From assembly GCA_046583355.1 (NCBI GenBank), contig JAYGCM010000082.1, positions 1-25,790 of the forward strand: DNA of 25,790 nt. Reading direction: 5' to 3'. Made by a program: the position numbers and the translations under genes. Of the stretch, positions 18,045 through 25,696 are shown piece after piece. Below the pieces are notes generated by a model. It searched no databases and was not told the DNA's origin. It saw nothing but the letters and a program-made list of their open reading frames with translations. The number at the start of each line of letters is the position of its first letter. Position 1 is the stretch's first letter. The stretch is from Deltaproteobacteria bacterium. Its GTDB lineage: Bacteria > Desulfobacterota > Binatia > UBA12015.

Positions 18045-19151
18045 ATGCCAGATCTGAGAGATATGTTGAATCGCACGGACGCGCCCTACCTCCTGCACGG
18101 CTTCGAGGTCTCGTATTTCACCGCCAAAGTGCGCTGCGCGCTACGCTATAAACAACTTTGGTTTGAAGAGTGTCGAGCCGATATGGCGGATATCATTCGC
18201 CGCACCGGGCTGGCCTTCATTCCGATCGTCATCACACCGGAAGATGCGACGTGGCAGGATTCCAGCGAAATCTTCGACCTCCTGGAGCAACGCCACCCCG
18301 ACCCGCCGCTCTTCCCCGACGCGCCCGTACAAACCATCGCCGCGCACCTGATCGAACTCTACACCGACGAATTCGCCACCATGCCGGCGATGCATACGCG
18401 CTGGGCGCTCAGCGAAGCGAGCACGCGCCAGCGCTTCGGCGCCATGCTCGGCAGCAATGAGCGCGGCAACAAAGCGGCCGATCAAATGATCAAAGGCCGC
18501 TTCGCCCTCGGCGCCGACGATGCGGCCGGCCCGGTCCTCAACGCTCATATCCGCGACCTCCTCGATGCCCTCTCCACGCACCTCCAAGAGCACCCCTATA
18601 TGCTCGGAGAGCGCATGAGTTTTGCCGATTGCGCTCTCATGGGGCCACTCCATGCCCATTTCTTCACCGACCTCGCCTCACGCGAAATTCTACTGGAGAC
18701 GGCCACGCCGGTCGTCGGCCTGATCGAGCGTTGCAACGCACCGACCCGCGCCACCCAAGGCGACTGGCAAGAGAATGGTGGAATTGCCGATTCGCTAGCG
18801 GCCCTGCTCGCGGTTATGGGTCGCGACGCCGCGCCAATCCTTCTTGCCAGCATCGACGCGGTGCAAACCTGGGCTGACCAGCAACCCGACGACGAACTCG
18901 AAGTTCCGCGCTCGGTCGGCTGGATCAACACCGAATTGCGCGACCATCCGATCCGCCGCATCGCAAGTTCCTATACTCTTTTCCAAACCCAACGGGTGCT
19001 CGACGCCTATGCCGCACTGAGTCCCGTAGATACCGCAGCCGTCGATATCGCCTTTGCCGGGACAGGCTTCGACGAGATCCTCGCCCTACGACCGCGCCAC
19101 CGCTTTGAGAAGAAAAATTTCCAACTCGTGCGCCGGCTGGAGAGCACCTGA
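18045..19151 (+). CDS. Glutathione S-transferase family protein with C-terminal extension (~368 aa)
   Basis: VSYFTAKVRCALRYK, IPIV (cis-Pro), QDSSEI, PYMLGERMSFADCALMG. Alternative start at 18063. Confidence 0.9.
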   Translation: MPDLRDMLNRTDAPYLLHGFEVSYFTAKVRCALRYKQLWFEECRADMADIIRRTGLAFIPIVITPEDATWQDSSEIFDLLEQRHPDPPLFPDAPVQTIAAHLIELYTDEFATMPAMHTRWALSEASTRQRFGAMLGSNERGNKAADQMIKGRFALGADDAAGPVLNAHIRDLLDALSTHLQEHPYMLGERMSFADCALMGPLHAHFFTDLASREILLETATPVVGLIERCNAPTRATQGDWQENGGIADSLAALLAVMGRDAAPILLASIDAVQTWADQQPDDELEVPRSVGWINTELRDHPIRRIASSYTLFQTQRVLDAYAALSPVDTAAVDIAFAGTGFDEILALRPRHRFEKKNFQLVRRLEST

Positions 19152-19178
19152 CCCAGAACCGTTGCGGCTATATGCCAC

Positions 19179-21350
19179 TCAGCCCGGACGGCGCCAGATC
19201 GGCGAAGACCACGCGCGCTCGGGCACTGCGGCGAGACAATCCAGGGCCGGCCCGCCGCCGGCAAGGCCTGTGCCCTGGCAGGGCTGTGCGCGCAGGCAGC
19301 GGCCATCGGCGGCGCGCTCCTCGCAAGGGAGACCGGCACCGTTCACGGCCGGGCTCGGCGCCTGGATCGCACGAACATAATAGAGAGTCTCGCGCCCGGC
19401 GGCGGCGTATTCCGGGTCATCAAAGGAAATGACGCAGCCGGCCGGGCCGGCCGGACAGGCAAAGCTGCGCCAGGGATCCTCGATCCGCTCGGCCACATCT
19501 TCTTCCGGGCTGATTTGTGGCCGGATCCGCACGACCTCGATCCGCGTAATCGTCTTGCGCCGGTCCGAAGGGTGAAAGCACTCGTTCAGGCAAAGCCATT
19601 CGAGCCGCTCCTCGCCCAACCCCTCGGTGACGAAATCAGGACATCCCGGCTTCTGCTCGAAAGCTCCGAGCGCGCGGACCTCGAAGCGCGGCACCTCGGA
19701 GGATTCAACCTCGGAGCCCATCGGGATGCGCGATCCGTCCGGAGCGATCTCGTCGAAATGCAGCAGAATGCGGTCGCCAGAGGTACCGTAGACCTCCCGG
19801 CGTTGCAGAGCACGGAAGATCGAGTCGCGGTCGCGTCCCGGAGAGTGCACGGCCGTCAGACCGCCCGTGACGAAATACGAAGAGCGCGGCGACTCCTGCT
19901 CGCTCCACGACAACCCCTCGGTCATCTCGGTGCGACCGAATTCCTTGTAGCCCGTCCCCGGACGCGCGCTATGATTATCACTGGCCGCAAGAAAGCCCGT
20001 CCGCCAGCGCTGCGGCGTAGAACCCTTGGAAAAATCGCCCAACGCCAAACCATATTGCGCACTCCCTCGGGGGCGGTAATCATACGCCGGCAAAAAGGCC
20101 TCGCGCAGCTGACCACAATCACCGAAATCGGCCTGGGTCGTACCGGGCACCTCGTCTGCTGGCGAACCCAACATCCTGCCCAGAAGGGAAACGGAGGCCC
20201 GTGCGACACCTTCGCGTGCGGCCGCCACCTCGGCATCGCAAGCAACGCTATCGGGCTGCTGGCAGCGCACGCGCGCAAGCTCGCCTGCACGATGGCAGCA
20301 AGGCTCGAAGACCTCCGTCGGCGCGGGGCAAATACCACGGCCCTCGCCATCGAGCGAGGCCCGTGCGAAACCGACGTATACCTCCGAGGCGCCATGCCCA
20401 GAGTAGACCTCAATCAGGCGTTGGTATTTCGGGTCGTGCATCGGCGGGACTATCTGATGGCGCAGATCCATCTCCGGCGGATTGGTGATGCCCCAGGCCA
20501 GCCCATGCGGAATCACCAATGCGTCCACATCCCATTGGTCGAGTTTCTCGAAGAGAAGGTCCGGCGTCGGCGCGATTTCATGACACGACGGGGGCAACGC
20601 CGGGGAATACACACCCGCAGGGCAAATCTCGGCGAAGAAAAGATCGTCGAGAAGGCGGCGGTGCACCTCGGCCCAGGGCTGCCAATCTTCCCAGGCGCCG
20701 AAGGACGCGAGGGTCGCAATGATCGTGTGGACGGGATTGCGCCGCGCCGAGATCGGACGCGCCGGGACACCACGGCCGCTCCATTGCCGCAGCACCACGT
20801 TTTTGTGCCCATAATGCTCCTCGGGCGTGCTTGCTCCCTGCGACCATTCCCAGCCCAGGAAGGCGACAATATCGGGCCGCTCGGCATCGCCGGCAACTGC
20901 GTTGCACGACTCGATCGCCTCGCGGGTCGCGCGCCATTCCTCGGGGCCGAGCTGCTCGGCGTGGTCGTTGATGCTCCAGAAGTCGAGTTGCGAGCAATAG
21001 CGCGCAAAGTCGCAAGCGTCGGCCGGCGGCCGCGCGCCGGGATTTTGGAAAAGCGGCATCGAGTAGGCGAGCGCATCTCCCGAGAAGGTCGTATGCACAT
21101 GCAGATCACCGAAGAGGATCTGCGTCTCACCGCCGGTGCCCAGCTGGCCCTCGCCGATCTGTCGGCGTAGCTCGCGCATGGCAATCCGGGACTCCGGAAC
21201 CCGCCCCGCCGAAACCTGACCGCCATCCACCGGCGGCGCCTTGGCGGAATTCCCCGCAAGCAGCGCAAGCGTGCCGACCAGCAGCACGGCTACGACCACC
21301 ACCAGAACGAAGAGAACGGTCAATGACCGGGAGAAAATCCGCGCAAGCAT
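19179..21350 (-). CDS. DUF3604-domain membrane-anchored protein, PHP-like putative metallohydrolase (723 aa)
   Basis: N-terminal TM helix; FGDLHVHT..S.DA, DFWSINDHAE, GWEWS, IPHG, EVYSGHG, ASDNHSARPG, REVYGTSGDRI, YYVRAIQ, ERAWSSPIW. Confidence 0.88.
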   Translation of the reverse strand: MLARIFSRSLTVLFVLVVVVAVLLVGTLALLAGNSAKAPPVDGGQVSAGRVPESRIAMRELRRQIGEGQLGTGGETQILFGDLHVHTTFSGDALAYSMPLFQNPGARPPADACDFARYCSQLDFWSINDHAEQLGPEEWRATREAIESCNAVAGDAERPDIVAFLGWEWSQGASTPEEHYGHKNVVLRQWSGRGVPARPISARRNPVHTIIATLASFGAWEDWQPWAEVHRRLLDDLFFAEICPAGVYSPALPPSCHEIAPTPDLLFEKLDQWDVDALVIPHGLAWGITNPPEMDLRHQIVPPMHDPKYQRLIEVYSGHGASEVYVGFARASLDGEGRGICPAPTEVFEPCCHRAGELARVRCQQPDSVACDAEVAAAREGVARASVSLLGRMLGSPADEVPGTTQADFGDCGQLREAFLPAYDYRPRGSAQYGLALGDFSKGSTPQRWRTGFLAASDNHSARPGTGYKEFGRTEMTEGLSWSEQESPRSSYFVTGGLTAVHSPGRDRDSIFRALQRREVYGTSGDRILLHFDEIAPDGSRIPMGSEVESSEVPRFEVRALGAFEQKPGCPDFVTEGLGEERLEWLCLNECFHPSDRRKTITRIEVVRIRPQISPEEDVAERIEDPWRSFACPAGPAGCVISFDDPEYAAAGRETLYYVRAIQAPSPAVNGAGLPCEERAADGRCLRAQPCQGTGLAGGGPALDCLAAVPERAWSSPIWRRPG

Positions 21351-21366
21351 ATGCCATCCAAGTACA

Positions 21367-21397
21367 TCGGGGCGGGTGGCTCATCCACCCGCCCCGA
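21367..21397. repeat. Perfect 13-bp inverted repeat (hairpin) just upstream of the DUF3604 start
   Basis: TCGGGGCGGGTGG-CTCAT-CCACCCGCCCCGA. Confidence 0.8.
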
Positions 21398-21550
21398 AAT
21401 CACGCACCCGTAATCTTCGACCCGTCCGCCCGACGAGCCTCGCTCGGAACCGGTAGGGCTCGCAAACCAAACCGGCATACAGAGCATCCCGTACGACTCC
21501 TCTAATTTATCCGGGTCCCGAAACTGTTGCAATCGAAACCTGCAAACGGG

Positions 21551-21575
21551 TGGGCCTCTTGACTTCAGAGGCCCA
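21551..21575. repeat. 9-bp inverted repeat (hairpin) upstream of the TonB-dependent receptor start
   Basis: TGGGCCTCT-TGACTTC-AGAGGCCCA. Confidence 0.7.
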
Positions 21576-21597
21576 AGACCCTTTGCCAACCGGGAGT

Positions 21598-23676
21598 ATG
21601 TCGCGCTGGAAACCCCCAATCCTCCTTGCCTTATTGGTTCTGCTCGCCCTGGCGGCTCCGCCCGTGGCTACCGCCGCAGAGACGGTCGTCGCCGAGGCGC
21701 CCCGCCCGGACGCCGAGGTCGAATCGCTGGTCGTCACGGCAACCCGCACCGCGCGGCCGCATGGGACCACCCCGGCCAGCGTGAGCATTGTCGGCCCCGA
21801 CGCGCTCACGCTCGCCCGCCCCGGCGTCTCGCTGGCCGAATCGCTGGCACGCGTGCCCGGCCTGCTGGTGCAGGAGAGCGGCAATTTTGCCCAGGACGCA
21901 CGCCTGCAGATCCGTGGCTTCGGGACACGCGCCGCGTTCGGCATTCGCGAAATCAAAATAATCGTCGACGGCCTGCCCTCGACCCTGGCCGATGGTCAGA
22001 CCCAGATCGACGATATCGATCTCGGCATGGCCGATCGCATCGAGGTCCTGCGCGGCGCTTCGGCCGCGCTCTACGGCAACGCAGCCGGCGGCGTCTTGCA
22101 AATCTTCACCAAAGATCCCCCCGCGGAACCCGGTGTCAGCGCCCGGCTGCTCGCGGGCTCCTATGGCCTACTGCGCGCTAGCGTGAATGGCGGCGCGAGT
22201 TGGGACTCCGGCGGTGCCATGCTCGGCACGACCTGGCTGCAACAAGATGGCTTCCGCGACCATGCCAGCACCGAGAGCTTGATCGTCACGGCCAAGGTCA
22301 AATGGCAACTCAGCCGCACGACCGACATCACCTTTCTGATCAATGCGGTCGACTCGCCCGAAGCCCAGGACCCCGGCGGTCTCACCCTGGAAGAAGTCAC
22401 AGAGAACCGCAACGCGGCACGCGAGCGCAATATGCTGCTCGACACCGGCGAAGAGGTCAAGCAAGTCCGCTTCGGCGTCGTCGGCACCTACACCGACGGC
22501 CCGCATTCCGTAAACACCAACCTGAGCTTCCTCTACCGCGACTTTTTCACCCGCCTACCCATCCTGCCGGCCTTCGGCGACGGCGTGGTCGCCTTCGACC
22601 GCTTCTCGCCCGCCGGCGGCCTGCAATACACATGGGACGAAACTCTCCTGGGCTGGAAGCAACGCCTGACCACCGGCGTCGATGCGCAATACCAGCACGA
22701 CGATCGGCGGCGCTGGGCGAATAACGAAGGGGAGACCGGCGACCTCGGCCTGCACCAGATCGAAGAGGTCACCGGCCTGGGCGTCTTCGTCCGCGAAGAT
22801 TTCGAGATCCTGCCCAGCGTCGAGCTCACAGGCGGCCTCCGCTATGATGCGTTTTTCTACGACGTCAACGTGAAAGTTCCGACCGATACCGGCGACTCCG
22901 GCTCCCGCACCATGGATCGCTGGAGCCCTTCGGGCGGCATCCTTTGGACGCCACAATCCGATATCTCCCTCTTTGCCACCTACGGCACGGCCTTCCAGGT
23001 ACCGACGACGACCGAACTCGTAAACCCCGGCGGCGCCGGCTTCAACGATGACCTGGAACCACAAACAGCACATAGCTGGGAAATCGGCAGTCGTTACGAG
23101 ACCGCGGACCTGAAATTGGGGCTCGCTTTCTTCTTCATCGATATCGACGACGAGCTGATCCCCTTTGAAACCGTGTCGGGCCGGGTCGCTTTCCGCAACG
23201 CGGGCCGCTCGCAGCGGCGCGGCCTCGAAGCCGAAGGCAGCGGAGAACTTCCCTGGGGCTTCCATTGGGTACTTGCCGTCTCCGCACTCGACACCAAATA
23301 TATCGACTACACCACCGAGGGTGGTCGCTTCGATGGCAATGATGAACCGGGAATCCCGCCTTGGCAGGCCTTCGGCGAACTCAGCTGGCGCAATGAGACC
23401 GGCCTCTTCATAGCCACCGAGGTCCAGGCCGTAGGCGCAATTCCGGTCGATGACGCCAACTCCGCCGCGAGCCCTGCCTACACCACGCTTGGCGTACGGA
23501 TGGCCTGGACCGGGAAAATCGCCGAGAAATGGACCGTGCAGCCCTTTGTCGGCGTGCGCAATATCACCAATGCCGAATACGACGGAACCATTCGAGTCAA
23601 TGCCCGCGGCGGCCGCTATTACGAACCGGCACCAGCCATCAACTTCTACGCCGGTATCGAGGCGAGCTGGGGCTGA
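21598..23676 (+). CDS. TonB-dependent receptor, YncD/PqqU-like (692 aa)
   Basis: Signal peptide, TonB box ESLVVTATR, plug LAESLARVPGL...NFAQD.RLQIRGFG.RAAFGIR.I.IIVDG.P.T..DGQ, IEVLRG..AALYGNAAGGV, C-terminal GRYYEPAP, all resembling E. coli YncD as recalled. Confidence 0.9.
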   Translation: MSRWKPPILLALLVLLALAAPPVATAAETVVAEAPRPDAEVESLVVTATRTARPHGTTPASVSIVGPDALTLARPGVSLAESLARVPGLLVQESGNFAQDARLQIRGFGTRAAFGIREIKIIVDGLPSTLADGQTQIDDIDLGMADRIEVLRGASAALYGNAAGGVLQIFTKDPPAEPGVSARLLAGSYGLLRASVNGGASWDSGGAMLGTTWLQQDGFRDHASTESLIVTAKVKWQLSRTTDITFLINAVDSPEAQDPGGLTLEEVTENRNAARERNMLLDTGEEVKQVRFGVVGTYTDGPHSVNTNLSFLYRDFFTRLPILPAFGDGVVAFDRFSPAGGLQYTWDETLLGWKQRLTTGVDAQYQHDDRRRWANNEGETGDLGLHQIEEVTGLGVFVREDFEILPSVELTGGLRYDAFFYDVNVKVPTDTGDSGSRTMDRWSPSGGILWTPQSDISLFATYGTAFQVPTTTELVNPGGAGFNDDLEPQTAHSWEIGSRYETADLKLGLAFFFIDIDDELIPFETVSGRVAFRNAGRSQRRGLEAEGSGELPWGFHWVLAVSALDTKYIDYTTEGGRFDGNDEPGIPPWQAFGELSWRNETGLFIATEVQAVGAIPVDDANSAASPAYTTLGVRMAWTGKIAEKWTVQPFVGVRNITNAEYDGTIRVNARGGRYYEPAPAINFYAGIEASWG

Positions 23677-23727
23677 GCACTACCGGGTACCCGCACCACT
23701 ACAGAATCAGCTCCGCACAATCCGCGA

Positions 23728-23749
23728 ATAGGGGTTATCCCCTATGGGG
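23728..23749. promoter_or_regulatory. Palindromic operator-like site upstream of the diiron-enzyme operon
   Basis: ATAGGGG-TTAT-CCCCTAT (23728-23745, perfect 7-4-7) overlapping a second dyad CCCC-TAT-GGGG (23739-23749). Confidence 0.55.
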
Positions 23750-23763
23750 TGTTTTTCGTGTTT

Positions 23764-23782
23764 CTCCCGTTGCATACGGGAG
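23764..23782 (+). promoter_or_regulatory. Hairpin containing the putative Shine-Dalgarno of the next gene
   Basis: CTCCCGT-TGCAT-ACGGGAG. The 3' arm contains GGGAG 4 nt before ATG 23787. Confidence 0.45.
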
Positions 23783-23786
23783 CAAT

Positions 23787-24587
23787 ATGGACGACCATAG
23801 CGGGGCTGGCTCGGCATTTGTGCGGGCGGAGGTGGGGTTGTTGATGGCAGGTGCTGGAACCGGTGTTGATTTCGCGCGCGAGCGCGGGCAAGCAACGCGC
23901 GCGCAAGATGCGCGCGCGCCGATGGCTGTCCTGCGCGGAATTCGCGCCGCAACCATGGCGGAGCTGGCCGGCTGCCGGATCGTTGCCGATGCCCTGGCCG
24001 GGCGCTCCCGCAGCGAAGATTATATTTCGTACCTGACGAGCGTTTTTCATTACGCGCGTTTCAGCCCGGTCATCATGGCCGCGGCTGCATCGCGCTGCTC
24101 GCAATCGCATCCGGAACTCTCTGCCTACCTGCTCAAGCACGCGGCCGAGGAACAAGGGCATGACGTCTGGGCGCTCGAAGACCTGGCCAAGTTGGGGGTA
24201 CCCGCCGACCAAATACGGCGCGCCCGGCCTGCGCCGGCCTGCGCCGCGCTGGTCGGCTACGTCCACAACCTCGCGACCATAGGCAATCCCATAGCCATCT
24301 TCGGCTGGATGTATATCCTCGAGGCCGTTGGCTCCGATATCGGCGTGGCCGCCGGCGAGAAACTCGACGCAGCGCATGGCGGCGCCGATGCGCCGATTCA
24401 TTTCGTTGCTGGACATGGCGAGGCCGATGCCGACCATACCGTCGAGATTGAAGCTCAGATCGAGGCCCATCTCGAGCACGATACCGACCGCGCAGACGTA
24501 TGCGAGACCGCACGCGTCGTTTCCTGGCTCTATACGACGATGTTCCGTCAAGTCGGTAACGAAACGGCACAATGGCAATCACCATAG
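23787..24587 (+). CDS. Heme-oxygenase-like diiron oxidase / iron-containing redox enzyme family protein (up to 266 aa)
   Basis: HAAEEQGH (24138-24161), WMYILE (E at 24321) and HGEADADH (24414-24437) give the E/H, E, H/D/H ligand pattern. Start uncertain (23787, or 23838-23844 behind GGAGG). Confidence 0.85.
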   Translation: MDDHSGAGSAFVRAEVGLLMAGAGTGVDFARERGQATRAQDARAPMAVLRGIRAATMAELAGCRIVADALAGRSRSEDYISYLTSVFHYARFSPVIMAAAASRCSQSHPELSAYLLKHAAEEQGHDVWALEDLAKLGVPADQIRRARPAPACAALVGYVHNLATIGNPIAIFGWMYILEAVGSDIGVAAGEKLDAAHGGADAPIHFVAGHGEADADHTVEIEAQIEAHLEHDTDRADVCETARVVSWLYTTMFRQVGNETAQWQSP

Positions 24588-25696
24588 CGCGAGCCGAGAG
24601 CGCAGCAGAGATCTCCAAGGTCTGCGAACTGCGCTACCGCATCTATATCGAAGAATTGCAGATTCCCACGCCGGAAGCGGACCATGAATGGCGCTGGCTG
24701 CGCGACCCGCTTGAGGAACATAGTATCTCCTTTGCCGCCTGGAAAGACGGCGAAGCGATCGGCTCTCTGCGATTGACTCTATTGCGCGACCTGCCCGACC
24801 CACAGCCCCTGCTATCGCGGCTGAATATGCACCCCGCCTTCGCCGCGTTCGGCCCCGAGGCGATCTGCACCACCAGCCGCTTCATGCTCGACCCGCGCAT
24901 GCGCAACGGGCGGGTGATCTACCCCCTGATGAAGGCGGTCTACGAACATGCACGCGACCGCGGCGTTCGCCTCAATTTCGGGGATTGCAGCCCGCATCAG
25001 TTGCGCTTCTATGAGCACCTCGGCTTTCGCAGCTACGAAAACGGCTTCGCCGACCCGGCCTATGGGTTCAAACTCCCCCTGCTGATGCTGATGGGGGACC
25101 GCGAGGAATTCGCATCACGACGCACGCCCTTGGCGCGTGTCGCCAACGCCTACCCCCGCGATGAGGATGCCCGGCGCTGGTTCGGGGAAATCTATGCCGG
25201 CGAGGCCCCGGCCGTAACCGGGAACTCCCTGGGCAAGGGCGGCGTACAGCAGCGCCTGCGTGAATGCCTGAACGACGAGCCGACCCGGCGCTGCGGCCTG
25301 CTGCGCGGCGTCGCGAGCGAAGGCCTCGATTTCATCCTGGATGGAGCGACCGTCTTTCGCGTACGCGCCGGCGACCGCATCACGCGCCGCGGCGAGCCCG
25401 CGACCGCCGCCTTTCTGCTGGCCGCCGGAGAGGCACACGCCCAGGGAGCCGAGCGACGCCACGCGGTTACGCCCGGCGGCCATTTCGGCCAAACCGTATC
25501 CTGCCATTCCCCCACCCATGCCGAAACCGTGATCGCCGAAACGCCCAGTACCGTCGTCGCGATCGCATCCGATTTTTTCGCCAAGCTGCGCCGGCAGAAG
25601 CCCGACCTCGCCGCACGCCTCGACGCCAACCTCGCCAAGCTCCCCTCGGCCAGGCTCGGCGGCCTGACCCGCGAGGCCGCTGCCGGCACCGCATGA
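24572..25696 (+). CDS. GNAT-fold N-acyl amino acid synthase (FeeM)/LuxI-like acyltransferase fused to a C-terminal cyclic-nucleotide-binding-fold domain (374 aa)
   Basis: LRYRIYIEE, LRDPLE, GEAIGSLRL, ICTTSRF and FYEHLGFR in the N-terminal half; AGDRITRRGEPATAAFLLAAGEA...PGGHFGQ...AETVIAETP in the C-terminal half. Overlaps the upstream gene by 16 bp. Confidence 0.85.
   Translation: MAITIARAESAAEISKVCELRYRIYIEELQIPTPEADHEWRWLRDPLEEHSISFAAWKDGEAIGSLRLTLLRDLPDPQPLLSRLNMHPAFAAFGPEAICTTSRFMLDPRMRNGRVIYPLMKAVYEHARDRGVRLNFGDCSPHQLRFYEHLGFRSYENGFADPAYGFKLPLLMLMGDREEFASRRTPLARVANAYPRDEDARRWFGEIYAGEAPAVTGNSLGKGGVQQRLRECLNDEPTRRCGLLRGVASEGLDFILDGATVFRVRAGDRITRRGEPATAAFLLAAGEAHAQGAERRHAVTPGGHFGQTVSCHSPTHAETVIAETPSTVVAIASDFFAKLRRQKPDLAARLDANLAKLPSARLGGLTREAAAGTA

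Noticed and set aside
21440..21590. Possible cobalamin riboswitch upstream of the TonB receptor (GGAACCGGT, CCCGAAACTGT and GCCCAAGACC fragments)
   Set aside because: Only scattered partial matches. The spacing and the GGGAA/CGGTG-AA-TCC core do not fit, and the receptor looks YncD-like rather than BtuB-like. An Rfam scan would be needed.
23787..24587. Calling the heme-oxygenase-fold gene pqqC or tenA because of the nearby PQQ-related genes
   Set aside because: It lacks the PqqC RIxDHDG-type motif, no other pqq or thiamine genes are adjacent, and it shows a diiron ligand pattern instead.
24572..25200. Calling the acyltransferase a bona fide luxI AHL synthase
   Set aside because: It shares the fold motifs but lacks the LuxI Trp and E-x-D-x-F/Y-D pattern, carries an extra domain and has no luxR neighbour in the window. 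FeeM-like is the safer description.
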